Below are positions 22,643-36,374 of a DNA stretch of 64,000 nt, one piece after another. Position 1 is the first letter of the stretch. Every line of letters begins with the position of its first letter. The notes below the pieces were generated by a model that had not been told where the DNA came from, did not search any database, and was given only the letters and a program-made list of their open reading frames with translations. The position numbers and the translations under genes were made by a program. The stretch is from an uncultured delta proteobacterium. GTDB lineage: Bacteria; Myxococcota; UBA727; VGSZ01. The stretch spans positions 256,001-320,000 of the forward strand of contig CAVZJB010000008.1 of the NCBI GenBank assembly GCA_963775425.1. Direction: 5' to 3'.

Positions 22643-23146
22643 ATGCCGTCCATGGACATCGTGTCGAAGCCGAACTTGCACGAGGTGCAAAACGCGCTCG
22701 ACCAGGCGCAAAAGGAGCTGAAGACCCGCTGGGACTTCAAGGGCACCGACGCGTCGGTGACCGAGGTCGAGGGTGGGTTCAAGCTCGAGGCCAACACCGA
22801 GGAAAAGGTGAAGCAGGTCGCGGACGTCCTCGAGGACAAGTTCGTGAAGCGCAAGCTCTCCGTGAAATTCCTCGACCGGCAGGATCCGCAGCCGTCGGGG
22901 GCGCGCTACACCATGACGGTGGCGCTGAAGAAGTCGCTCGACACCGACAACGCCAAGAAGATCGTGGCGATGATCAAAGAGAACAAGCAGTGGAAGGTGA
23001 CGTCGTCCATCCAGGGCGACAAGAAGACCGGCGAGAGCAAGGTGCGCGTCGAGGGCAAGAGCATCGACGACCTGCAAGCCGTCCAGCAATTCCTCCGCGG
23101 GAAGGACCTCTCCGTCGCGCTCTCCTTCGAGAACTACCAGCGGTGA
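22643..23146 (+). CDS. yajQ: YajQ family cyclic-di-GMP-binding protein
   Basis: MPSMDIVS, NALDQAQKE..RWDFKG, SIQGD..VRV.GK..DDLQ, FENY; SD GAGGAGG at 22631. Confidence 0.95.
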   Translation: MPSMDIVSKPNLHEVQNALDQAQKELKTRWDFKGTDASVTEVEGGFKLEANTEEKVKQVADVLEDKFVKRKLSVKFLDRQDPQPSGARYTMTVALKKSLDTDNAKKIVAMIKENKQWKVTSSIQGDKKTGESKVRVEGKSIDDLQAVQQFLRGKDLSVALSFENYQR

Positions 23147-23244
23147 GGGGCGCCCCGGGGCGTTCGATGCCGTAGCGATGTACGCCGGGACACTCGATCC
23201 CGGTCACTGACGCCGGCTTCGGTTCTTCGGTACGGTGCGGGCCG

Positions 23245-24744
23245 GTGCTCTTCAACTCCTACGCGTTCCTGTTCGGCTTCCTGCCGATCGCCGTGGTCGC
23301 GTTCTTCACCCTCGGGCGCCTGCGCGCCGGGCGGGTGGCACTGCCGGCGCTCGTGCTGGCGTCGCTGGCGTTCTACGCGTACTGGGACTGGCGCAACCTC
23401 TTCATCCTCGCGCCGTCGCTGCTCGTCAACTTCGCCGTCGGCCGCTGGCTGACGCGCACGCACCTGCAGGGCGGCAAGGACGCCGACCCCGCCGTCGGCG
23501 GTCGCAAGATCGTCCTCGTCTGCGGGCTCATCTTCAACCTCGCGCTGCTCGGGTGCTTCAAGTACCTCGACTTCACCATCAACACCGTCGACTTCATCGG
23601 CGGACCTTTCGGGCTGCGCATCCCGCTGCAGCACCTGGTGTTGCCGCTCGGCATCTCGTTTTTCTCGTTCGAGCAGATCGCCTACGTCGTCGACGCCTAC
23701 CGTGGCCAACCCCGCCAGTACGGCTTCGTCGAGTACTGCGTGTTCGTCACGTTCTTCCCGCACCTCATCGCGGGGCCGATCATCCAGCACAACGAGCTGA
23801 TGGATCAGCTCAAGCCGTCGCTGTCCAAGCCGCGCGCGGAGAACGTCGCGCTCGGCATCTTCATCCTCGTCGTCGGCCTCTTCAAGAAGGTGGTCATCGC
23901 CGACTGGTGCATGCGCGTGGTGCCGGGCGTCTATGACCACGGGCCGCAGGCGATGACGGCGGTAGAGGCGTGGATCGGCACCATCGGCTACTCGCTGCAG
24001 CTCTACTTCGACTTCTCCGGATACAGCGACATGGCCATCGGCCTCGCGCGCATCTTCAACATCAAGCTCCCGCAGAACTTCAACTCGCCCTACAAGGCGC
24101 ACAACCCCATCGAGTTCTGGCGTCGCTGGCACATGACGCTCTCGCGCTTCCTGCGGACCTATCTCTACATCCCGCTCGGCGGCAACCGCGGCACCCAGAC
24201 GCGCCGCTACGTGAACCTCATGCTCACCATGCTCCTCGGCGGGCTCTGGCACGGCGCGGGGTGGGGCTTCGTCATCTGGGGCGGCCTCAACGGCGTGTAC
24301 CTCGTCGCCAACAACCTGTTTCGCAAGTGGCGCAAGGCGCCCAAGGGCAACAACCCCGAGGGGCCGTGGTGGGTGATCGAGATCTCGGCCGCCGCCACGT
24401 TCTTCTTCATCATGCTGTCGCGCGTGTTCTTCCGTTCGCCGACGTTCACCACGGCGGGCTCGGTGTTCCTCGACCTCTTCGGCATGCACGGCGTCGGCCT
24501 CGATCAGCTCGCCGCCAACGCCGCCGTCCTCTTCGCCTTCGCCGCCCTCTACGTCTTCTGCCGCCACGCGCCCAACACGCAGCAGGTGCTCACCGAGCTC
24601 GAGCCCGTCTACGGCAAGGTGGAGCGGCCGTCGCGCATGCAGCTCAAGCTCAACCATTGGGTGGCCGTGGGCGTCGCCGGCATGGCCCTCGTGTCGATCA
24701 TGAAGCTCACGCAGGTGAGCGAGTTCCTCTACTTTCAGTTCTGA
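23245..24744 (+). CDS. MBOAT family O-acyltransferase (AlgI/PatA-like)
   Basis: MLFNSY, LPLGISFF, FFPHLIAGPI, YFDFSGYSDMA, FWRRWHMTLS, GLWHGA, FLYFQF. Confidence 0.95.
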   Translation: MLFNSYAFLFGFLPIAVVAFFTLGRLRAGRVALPALVLASLAFYAYWDWRNLFILAPSLLVNFAVGRWLTRTHLQGGKDADPAVGGRKIVLVCGLIFNLALLGCFKYLDFTINTVDFIGGPFGLRIPLQHLVLPLGISFFSFEQIAYVVDAYRGQPRQYGFVEYCVFVTFFPHLIAGPIIQHNELMDQLKPSLSKPRAENVALGIFILVVGLFKKVVIADWCMRVVPGVYDHGPQAMTAVEAWIGTIGYSLQLYFDFSGYSDMAIGLARIFNIKLPQNFNSPYKAHNPIEFWRRWHMTLSRFLRTYLYIPLGGNRGTQTRRYVNLMLTMLLGGLWHGAGWGFVIWGGLNGVYLVANNLFRKWRKAPKGNNPEGPWWVIEISAAATFFFIMLSRVFFRSPTFTTAGSVFLDLFGMHGVGLDQLAANAAVLFAFAALYVFCRHAPNTQQVLTELEPVYGKVERPSRMQLKLNHWVAVGVAGMALVSIMKLTQVSEFLYFQF

Positions 24745-24957
24745 GCGGCGTTACGACATTCACGGCGGGACGGCGCTCGTCGCTGACGACGACGTCGTGC
24801 CCCGCCGCGAATGTCTACGGCGCGCGCCTTCGCCGCCTTTCCCGCAGCGGGGCGACGGCCCGCGCCGTCGTCGCCGCTGTTGGGCGCCCCCCTGTGGGGC
24901 GCGTCGGAGGGCACCGGCATCGTCCACGGCGCCGGGTCCCTCCGACGCGGCCGCCTA

Positions 24958-25167
24958 CGGTCGTCGACGCAGCATGCGCGGGTTTGTCGCCGCCGACGTC
25001 GCGCCCCGCGATGCGGTCGTCGACGCAGCCGGCGCCGCGCATGGCACGGCGCCGGGTTTGTCGCCGACGACGCCGGCCGGCCGCCGCGGCGATGCGGTCG
25101 TCGACGCAGCCGACGCCGCGCATGGCACGGCGCCGGGTTTGTCGCCGCCGACGACGTCGCGCCCCGC
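24958..25167. repeat. Intergenic degenerate direct repeats: two 59-bp copies (25008-25066, 25089-25147; 1 mismatch, 81-bp period) plus an internally deleted copy
   Basis: GCGATGCGGTCGTCGACGCAGCCGRCGCCGCGCATGGCACGGCGCCGGGTTTGTCGCCG seen twice; partial copy from 24958. Confidence 0.85.
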
Positions 25168-25272
25168 AGTGACCCTCGGCGAAACGACGGGGTGCCTGAC
25201 GGCGATGTCCCCGGGGAAGCAACGGTGCCCCGAACGCGTTGCGCTCGCCGCCGCCAGGAGTAGGTTTCGCCG

Positions 25273-25689
25273 ATGCTGAAGAGCCTGCTCGAGAAGTACG
25301 GCAACGACGTCGCCCTCTTGATGCTGCGCGTGGGGTTCGGCGGCTTCCTCGCCGTGAACCACGGCTGGACCAAGCTGATGACGTGGGGCCCCAAGCACCC
25401 CACGTTCGCCGATCCCCTCGGCGTGGGGCACCCGACGAGCATGGCGCTGGCCATCTTCGGCGAGCTCGTGTGCAGCATGCTCATCGTGCTCGGCCTGGGC
25501 ACGCGGGTGGCGGCGGTGCCGGCGCTCATCACCATGCTGGTGGCCGCGCTCGGCGTGCACAAGGACTCGGTGTTCGGCGACGGCGAGCACGCGCTGTTGT
25601 ACGGGGCGGCGTTCGTCGCGCTCATCCTCGCGGGCGGCGGAAGGTACTCGCTCGACCGCGTCGTCTCCGTGCGCTGGAAGGCCCCGTGA
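25273..25689 (+). CDS. DoxX family membrane protein
   Basis: LMLRVGFG..HGWTKL, ELVCSMLIVLGLGTR, GGGRYSLD. Confidence 0.92.
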   Translation: MLKSLLEKYGNDVALLMLRVGFGGFLAVNHGWTKLMTWGPKHPTFADPLGVGHPTSMALAIFGELVCSMLIVLGLGTRVAAVPALITMLVAALGVHKDSVFGDGEHALLYGAAFVALILAGGGRYSLDRVVSVRWKAP

Positions 25690-27842
25690 CACCCGGCCGC
25701 GGCGGCTCGCCCGGCACCCGCGTCGGCAGCCCCGTCGTCGTTGCCACCGCCGCCGCGCTCGCCCTCCTCGCCGCCGCCGCCTGCCACAAGTCCCCGCCGG
25801 CGCCGCCCCCGGCCCCCGCGGACGCCGACGACGCGTCGCCGTACATCGCCGACCTCGTCCACCAGGAGGATGCGCTGCGCGCGGCCACCGACTGGGCCGC
25901 GTTCCCGTCGAGCGATCGCACCCTCGGCGCCGACCCCGTCGACGTCGCCGCGCTCCCGGGCGGCGGCTTCGTGGGCGTCCTGCGCGGCGCCGACGCCCTG
26001 GTGCGCCTCGACGACGACGGCCGGGAGCTCGCGCGCGTGCCCGCCCCGCGCGCCCCCCGCGCCGTGGCCGTCGACGGCGACGCCGTCGCGGTGGTGGGCG
26101 AGCTCGACGGGCGCGTCCTGCTCGCGAGCGCCGCTGCCCTCGGCGCACCGGCGGCCGCAGCCCGCGCGGGCGCGCCCCGCTTCGTGGCCGTTGCCGGCGT
26201 ACGGGGCATGCGCGGCGTCGCCCTGGCGCGCGATCGTCATGGCGTGCGCCTGATCTACGTCGTCGACCTCGACGGCAACCTGCTGGTCCTCGACGGTGCG
26301 GGGCGCCGCGTGTGGCCGGGCGACGACAGGGCGGCGCCCGTGAACGTGGGACCGCGGGCGCTGTGGTTGAAGCGCGCCGGGGGCTTCCTCGTGTCGATGT
26401 CCGTGCTCGGCCACCAGCTCGTCGTCGTCCCCGTCGACGAGCGCGGCGTGCCCGACGGCGCGCGCGCGATGCGCGTGGACAACGACGGGCCCTTTTGGGG
26501 CTTCGACGCGCGTGTGGTCGGCGCCTCGCTGCTGGTCGCCGCGGGGCACGTCGAGGACCACCCGCTCGATCGCAGCGGCGGCAGCTTCGGCTACATCGAC
26601 TCGTTCGTGAGCGTGTACCGCTTTCCCGCTGCGGCGGGCGCGAAGGCGGAGCGCCTCGTGCGCCTCAACGCCTCGGCCGCCGGCGTGGTGGTCCCCAAGG
26701 CCCTGGCGTTCCTCGACGACGACACCGTCGTGGCCCTCGGCGCCGGCAGCGGGCGGGGCATGCGCTTCCAGATCGATGGTTCGACGGCTATCGAAGTCAC
26801 TACCGATGACGGCGCGCGCGCCCGCGAGGCGCGCGCGACGACGGCCGTCGCGGCGCTGCCGGGCATCGTCGCCGTCGCGGTCGCCGGCGGTCGCGCGCTC
26901 GCCGCGGATCGGCTGCTCGATGCCTGGGTGGTCCTCCCCCTCGACGGCGGCGCCCCGCGCGCGGTGCCGGTGCCGGCGCCGCCGGGGGCGCCCGCGCGCT
27001 CGACCGCGTCGAAGCTCGGGGAGGCGCTGGCCTTCACCACGCTGATGGCCCCGCGGCAGAAGAGCGACGGGGAGCTGTCGCGCTTCACGTGCGAGACGTG
27101 TCACTTCGAGGGCGGCGGCGACGGCCGCGTGCACTCCACCGGCCGCGGCGACGTGAAGGCCAGCACGCGCTTCATCCAGGGGCTGTTCAACAACAAGCCG
27201 CTGTTCACGCGCGCCCTCGACGAGAACCTCTCCGAGATGGTGCACGCGGAGTTCCGCGTGGCCAACGCCAGGAGCGAGCTCGACCCGTGGTTCGCCGTCA
27301 CGCCCGCCGACGCGCCGTGGCTGTCGCTCCTCGGGGTGCGCGGCAAGGTCGAGCCCGTCGAGCTCCGGCGCGCGCTCGTCTCGTTCTTCCACGACTTCAC
27401 CCCGCGCGAAAACGCCGCCGTCGTCGGCCGCACGGCGTTCACCGCCGAGGAGCGCCGCGGCGCTGAGGTGTTCCGCGCCCGCTGCGCGTCGTGCCACACG
27501 CCCCGGCTCGTCGGCGACGACCCGCGCACCGCCCAGCCCTTCGATCGTTGGGAGCGCCTCATCCTCTCGGACAACGGCCCGCTCGTGTGGTCCGGCGACG
27601 GCCGCAAAAAGACCGGCATCGAGCCCTACGTGCACGAGGACGGCGCGCGGCCGTCGTCCCTGCGGCGGGTCTCGCGCAAGCTCCCGTACTTCACCAACGG
27701 CTCGTCCCGGGCCCTCGCCGACGTCGTCGCCCGCGCGCGCTTCTCGGGTTCAACGTTCATGCATTCATCGAAGCGAAGCGATCTCGCGGCGCTCCCGCCG
27801 GCAGATCAGCGGGCGCTCGTCGCGTTCCTCGAGCTGCTCTGA
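25686..27842 (+). CDS. Lipoprotein with N-terminal beta-propeller-like region and C-terminal di-heme cytochrome c peroxidase/MauG-like domain
   Basis: GTGA overlap with doxX; lipobox AAAAC; CETCH and CASCH; ERRGAEVF; PSSLRRV..LPYFTNGS. Confidence 0.8.
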   Translation: MTPGRGGSPGTRVGSPVVVATAAALALLAAAACHKSPPAPPPAPADADDASPYIADLVHQEDALRAATDWAAFPSSDRTLGADPVDVAALPGGGFVGVLRGADALVRLDDDGRELARVPAPRAPRAVAVDGDAVAVVGELDGRVLLASAAALGAPAAAARAGAPRFVAVAGVRGMRGVALARDRHGVRLIYVVDLDGNLLVLDGAGRRVWPGDDRAAPVNVGPRALWLKRAGGFLVSMSVLGHQLVVVPVDERGVPDGARAMRVDNDGPFWGFDARVVGASLLVAAGHVEDHPLDRSGGSFGYIDSFVSVYRFPAAAGAKAERLVRLNASAAGVVVPKALAFLDDDTVVALGAGSGRGMRFQIDGSTAIEVTTDDGARAREARATTAVAALPGIVAVAVAGGRALAADRLLDAWVVLPLDGGAPRAVPVPAPPGAPARSTASKLGEALAFTTLMAPRQKSDGELSRFTCETCHFEGGGDGRVHSTGRGDVKASTRFIQGLFNNKPLFTRALDENLSEMVHAEFRVANARSELDPWFAVTPADAPWLSLLGVRGKVEPVELRRALVSFFHDFTPRENAAVVGRTAFTAEERRGAEVFRARCASCHTPRLVGDDPRTAQPFDRWERLILSDNGPLVWSGDGRKKTGIEPYVHEDGARPSSLRRVSRKLPYFTNGSSRALADVVARARFSGSTFMHSSKRSDLAALPPADQRALVAFLELL

Positions 27843-27946
27843 CGGCGCCGTCGAGGACGGTGCTCGGCGAACACCGGCGCTCGACCTGGGCTGCTCCGGC
27901 TGCTCGTGCGCTGGGCAAGCGCGTGCTCGAGGAGGTGACGTCATGA

Positions 27947-28021
27947 AGGGATCGATGCCTCGTCGCCAAGGTCACGAGCACGTGCATGGTGCTGCGCGGC
28001 GACGACGCACGCGTGCGCTGA
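27947..28021 (+). pseudogene. Probable C-terminal remnant of a PaaI-family thioesterase
   Basis: LVAKVTSTCMVLRGDDARVR* with an in-frame stop just upstream; family call from recall of a short motif only. Confidence 0.35.
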
Positions 28022-28075
28022 GGCAGATCGCGAGGCGCCCTTGTGCGACGAGCGCCGCGTGGCGGATCGTCGGGC

Positions 28076-28684
28076 GTGGACCCGTTCGACCTGGATACGT
28101 GGCCGCCGAAGGCGGTGAAGATCGCGGCCGCGGTGATGGGCGGCCTCGGGCTGTTGATGATGCTGTCGCTGCTCGCGGTTCCCCACATCGGCCCTGTGCC
28201 GGTGCTCGCTATCTTCGGGGCGCTCACCGCCGTCGTCACCATCGCGGACATCGCGTGGGTCGCGCGTGCGTTGCGGCGGCGGCGCGCGCGGCGGCGGCTC
28301 GAGCGCGCCGGCGCCCCGTCGCTGCCGGCGCCGGCGCCGAGCGGCCGTTGCCTCCGTTGCGAGGCGCCGCTCGGCGACGCGCGCGGGTCGTACGACGCGC
28401 GCGCGTGCCCGAGCGGCCACGGCGCGCTCGTGTCACCGCCCGCCAGCGAGCGGCTCCTCGAGGCGCTGCCCGCCGTCGACCTCGACGAGGCGCGCGCGGC
28501 CGGCTCGCGCCGCACCCGCCGCCGGCGCCGCGAGCCGGCGTGCCCGGCGTGCGCCGGCGCGATGCGCGCAGTGCGGCTGCGCGGCGCCGGCGCGCGCGAC
28601 GTCGACGTCGAGCTCTGCGGCGCGTGCGGCGCCATCTGGCTCGACGCGGGAGAGCTCGACGCGCTCCTGCCGGGGAGCTCGTAG
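28076..28684 (+). CDS. Membrane protein with two TFIIB-type zinc ribbons
   Basis: Two TM helices; CLRC..CPSGHG and CPAC..MR..VELCGACGAIWLDAGEL. Confidence 0.75.
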   Translation: MDPFDLDTWPPKAVKIAAAVMGGLGLLMMLSLLAVPHIGPVPVLAIFGALTAVVTIADIAWVARALRRRRARRRLERAGAPSLPAPAPSGRCLRCEAPLGDARGSYDARACPSGHGALVSPPASERLLEALPAVDLDEARAAGSRRTRRRRREPACPACAGAMRAVRLRGAGARDVDVELCGACGAIWLDAGELDALLPGSS

Positions 28685-28736
28685 AGCGCCGGCGAGGGGA
28701 GCGCCGTCGCGGGCTCGCGCGGGCGCTGCGTCGTCG

Positions 28737-29195
28737 TCAGCGTCGCCGGGGATGTCGGAGCGAAGCGGCGCTCAGCCACGAGCGGAGCGGGCGAGCGTCG
28801 TCGGCGCCGAGGGCGGCGAGCCGGCGCGGGAGCGCGCGCAGCGCGCGGGTGGGGGGCGGCGCGGGGCCCGTCGCGCGCTCGCAGTAGAAGGTGCGGCAGC
28901 CGAGCGGGCGCGCGGCGTACACGAGGCAGCGGCCCTCGGGCGACAAAAACGGGCAGCGCTCGTCGTCGTCGTCGGGGACGCGCGGCAGCCGGCGTCCCGT
29001 GCGCTTCACTTCGTCGACGACGAGCTCCCACTCCACGGGCGTGAGCCAGGGCTCGCGCCCGGTGACGGCGAAGCGGCAGCAGTCCGTCGACGCGTCGCAG
29101 GACCAACCGTCGAGGGCGTCGTCGGCCTCGCGCAGGATGGCGAGGGCCGCGCGCCTGCGCGCGCCGGCCGCGCCCATCGACGCGCGCGGCTTCAT
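28737..29195 (-). CDS. YkgJ family cysteine-cluster (CxxCxxCC-like) protein
   Basis: CDASTDCC; CPFL..GRCLVYAARPLGCRTFYC. Confidence 0.9.
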   Translation of the reverse strand: MKPRASMGAAGARRRAALAILREADDALDGWSCDASTDCCRFAVTGREPWLTPVEWELVVDEVKRTGRRLPRVPDDDDERCPFLSPEGRCLVYAARPLGCRTFYCERATGPAPPPTRALRALPRRLAALGADDARPLRSWLSAASLRHPRRR

Positions 29196-29211
29196 CGGCG
29201 CGTCCGGCGCG

Positions 29212-29725
29212 TCACGGAGGGCAGCTGCACTGGCACGTGCACTGCGACATCTGTCCGGGCGGCGTGCCCGCGGGGCACTGACAGGTGCAATTGCACGTCT
29301 TCATCCCCGGCGCGGGCGCGGCGGCGGGCACGGGCGCGGGCGCGGCGGCGACGGGCGCGGCGGCGACGGGCGCGGGCGCGGCGGCGACGGGAGCCGCGGC
29401 CGCGGGAGCGGCGCCGGCGCCGACCATGATCGGCGTGATGTAGGCGAGGAGCGAGTCGTAGTCGGCCGCGGGGACGTTGTGGCGTCCGCCCACCGAGGAC
29501 TTCTTCAAGGGGCCGGGCGGCGTTTTTCCCGCCAGCGCCGGGCCCGCGCCCTGGCCGCCGCCGGGGTGGCAGACGTTGCACTTCGCTTGAAAGTAGGCGG
29601 CGCCTTTCGCCGGATTCGGGAGGCCCACCGCGGCCACGGCCCGTCGCGCACGCGTCGGCGACGACGACAGCGACGCAGGCACACAAAAGGACCGAGAGGA
29701 CGGCAGCGACGGAGCGAGGGGACAC
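29212..29725 (-). CDS. Secreted mono-heme cytochrome c with Ala/Pro linker and Cys-rich tail; contains a +1 frameshift near 29618
   Basis: SD GGAGG plus GTG 29725 gives signal MSPRSVAAVLSVLLCACVAVVVADAC; heme domain PNPAKG..CNVCH..GAGPAL lies in the +1 frame. Confidence 0.75.
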
Positions 29726-29811
29726 GGAGGGACCTCCAAGGTGTGGCGGGCGGACGACCCCGTCCGCCGAAACCGACGCTACCGCGTCGGGCGGGGTACA
29801 GTCCCGTCGTC

Positions 29812-34061
<4,250 letters not shown>

Positions 34062-34065
<4 letters not shown>

Positions 34066-34125
34066 AGAGTTGAACCGCAAAACAAATGGGTCGGCCAAGC
34101 ACTCGGCGCGAAGCGCCGCCCGCAC
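34062..34125 (+). mobile_element. Left copy of CTAG-terminated ~64-bp IS-end/MITE-like inverted repeat
   Basis: CTAGAGAGTTGAACCGCAAAACAAATGGGTCGGCCAAGCACTCGGCGCG...; reverse complement of 42409-42473 with 3 mismatches and 1 indel. Confidence 0.7.
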
Positions 34126-34187
34126 CCGGCAAAGGGGGCTTGTCCGCGCTGTGCTCCCTGGCCATGGTCCGGCCGAAAGGACCGACG

Positions 34188-35174
34188 ATGACCGACACGC
34201 AAGATCCCGCCCCCTCGACGGGCGCCGCCGGCAAAGGCGCGCTCGACTTCGCCGGCGTGCTCGAGGCCATCAAGCCGCACGCCGTCCGCCGCCTGGCCGT
34301 CGCCGTCGGCCAGGACGACGCCGTGCTCGACGCCGTGGCGCGCGCGCGCCGCGAAAACGTCGCCGAGGCCGTGCTCGTCGGTGACGAGGGCCTCATCAAG
34401 GAAGTGGCCGCGCGCGTCGGCGCCGACCTCACGGGCATCGAGATCGAGCACGAGCCCGATCAGGTGAACGCCGCCCTGCGCGCCGTGGAGCTCGTGAGCA
34501 GCGGCGCCTGTCACATCGTCATGAAGGGCAAGATTCATACGGACGACTTCCTGCGCGCCGTCCTCGACAAGGAGGTCGGCCTGCGCGGAAAGCGCCTCCT
34601 CTCGCACTGCTTCATCCTCGAGGTGGAGCGGCCGCACCGGCACCTCTTGTTCGTCACCGACGGCGCCATGAACATCGCGCCCAACTTCGAGCAGAAGGCG
34701 CAGATCGCCACCAACGCCATCGCGCTCGCGCGCCTGTTCGGCATCGATCAGCCCAAGGTGGCGGCGCTCGCCGGCGTGGAGCTCGTGAACCCCAAGATGC
34801 CCGCCACGCAGGACGCGGCGGTGCTCGCCCTCATGAGCTACCGCGGCCAGTTCGAGGCCGGCATCGTCGAGGGGCCGCTGGCGCTCGACCTCGCCGTGTC
34901 CGAGGAGGCTGCGCGCGTGAAGGGGGTGAACAACCCCGTGGCAGGCAAGGCGGACATCCTGCTCGTGCCCTCCCTCGAGTGCGGCAACATCCTCGTCAAG
35001 ACGTTCTCGCACCTCGCCGGCGGCCGCACCGCGGGTCTGGTGCTCGGCGCGCGGGCGCCCGTGGTATTGACGTCGCGCGCGGACTCCGCGGAGTCGAAGT
35101 TCCTCTCCATCGCCTGCGCCGTGTACGCCGCCAACATGGCGGCCGTGCGTGTGAAGGTCGGCAAGGTGAAGTAG
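34188..35174 (+). CDS. Phosphate acetyl/butyryltransferase (short Pta/Ptb type)
   Basis: MKGKIHT, TDGAMNIAP, VEGPLALDLA, ADILLVP.LE.GN, PVVLTSRADS; adjacent to ackA. Confidence 0.92.
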   Translation: MTDTQDPAPSTGAAGKGALDFAGVLEAIKPHAVRRLAVAVGQDDAVLDAVARARRENVAEAVLVGDEGLIKEVAARVGADLTGIEIEHEPDQVNAALRAVELVSSGACHIVMKGKIHTDDFLRAVLDKEVGLRGKRLLSHCFILEVERPHRHLLFVTDGAMNIAPNFEQKAQIATNAIALARLFGIDQPKVAALAGVELVNPKMPATQDAAVLALMSYRGQFEAGIVEGPLALDLAVSEEAARVKGVNNPVAGKADILLVPSLECGNILVKTFSHLAGGRTAGLVLGARAPVVLTSRADSAESKFLSIACAVYAANMAAVRVKVGKVK

Positions 35175-35189
35175 CTCTTCGGGGGCGAG

Positions 35190-36374
35190 ATGGTCGTCAG
35201 GAGAAACGTCGTCGTCGTGAACTGCGGCTCATCGAGCGTGAAGCTCGACGTGTTCGTGCTGCCCAGCGAGGACAACCCGCTCTCGGTGCAGGTGGACCGC
35301 GTCGGCACGCCGGGCTCCGCGCTGCGGGTGAACCGCACCGAAGACCAGAGCGAGTCGCGCCCCGTGGAGGCCCCGGACACGGCGGCCGCCGTGGGCCTCG
35401 TCCTCGACGTGGTGGCCGCCGCCGGCTTCTCCGTCGACGTCGTCGGCCACCGCGTGGTGCATGGCGGCGAGCGCTTCTCCGACAGCGTCGTCGTCGACGA
35501 AGACGTGCTCGCCGCCATCAAGCGCTGTGTGCCGCTGGCGCCGCTGCACAACCCCGCCAACCTCGCCGGCATCCACGTGGCGCGCGCGCGGCTGCCTAGC
35601 GTGCCGCACGTGGCCGTCTTCGACACCGCGTTTCACCAGACGCTGGCGCCGGACGCCTACCTGTATGCGCTGCCGCGGGCGCTCCATGACGATGACGGCG
35701 TGCGCCGCTACGGCTTCCACGGCACCTCGCACCGCTACGTCGCGGAGCGCGCCGCCGCCTTCTTCGGTCGCGCGCTCACCACCCTTCGGCTGGTCACGCT
35801 TCACCTCGGCAACGGCTGCTCCGCGGCGGCCATCGACGGCGGAAAGAGCGTGGACACGTCCATGGGCATGACGCCGCTCGAGGGGCTGGTGATGGGGACG
35901 CGCAGCGGCGACGTCGACGCCGCCGTGGTGCTCCGCATCGCCCGCGACCAGGGCATCGACGCCGCGGAGACCACGCTCAACAAGCAGAGCGGCTTGCTCG
36001 GGGTGTCCAGGCGGAGCAACGACATGCGCGATCTGGAGAAGGCCGCGGCCGAGGGCGACGCCGACGCCGACCTCGCCATCCGCGTCTTCAGCCGCCGCGC
36101 CAAGAAGTACGTGGGCGCGTTCGCCGCCGTGCTCGGCGGCGTCGACGGCGTCGTCTTCACCGGCGGGATCGGCGAGAACTCGGCGCGCGTGCGCCGCGAG
36201 ATCTGCGACGGCCTCGGCGTCATCGGCGCGCTCCTCGACGACCGGAAGAACGAGCGCAGCGAGCGCGGCGAGCGTGATCTCGCCTCCATGGACTCGCGCG
36301 TGCGCATCCTCGTCATTCCCACCGACGAAGAGCGGGCCATCGCCCGCGACGCCCTCCGCCTCGCGGGCTTGTGA
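35190..36374 (+). CDS. ackA: Acetate kinase
   Basis: NCGSSSVK, GHRVVHGG, APLHNP, RRYGFHGTSH, HLGNG, MGMTPLEGLVMGTRSGD, PTDEE. Confidence 0.96.
   Translation: MVVRRNVVVVNCGSSSVKLDVFVLPSEDNPLSVQVDRVGTPGSALRVNRTEDQSESRPVEAPDTAAAVGLVLDVVAAAGFSVDVVGHRVVHGGERFSDSVVVDEDVLAAIKRCVPLAPLHNPANLAGIHVARARLPSVPHVAVFDTAFHQTLAPDAYLYALPRALHDDDGVRRYGFHGTSHRYVAERAAAFFGRALTTLRLVTLHLGNGCSAAAIDGGKSVDTSMGMTPLEGLVMGTRSGDVDAAVVLRIARDQGIDAAETTLNKQSGLLGVSRRSNDMRDLEKAAAEGDADADLAIRVFSRRAKKYVGAFAAVLGGVDGVVFTGGIGENSARVRREICDGLGVIGALLDDRKNERSERGERDLASMDSRVRILVIPTDEERAIARDALRLAGL

Noticed and set aside
24958-25167. Possible CRISPR array
   Set aside because: Only about 2.5 units, repeat too long (59 bp), short GC-rich spacer, no cas genes
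27943-28887. 314-aa ORF with GGAGG upstream
   Set aside because: Arg-rich, motif-free, and overlaps two better-supported genes
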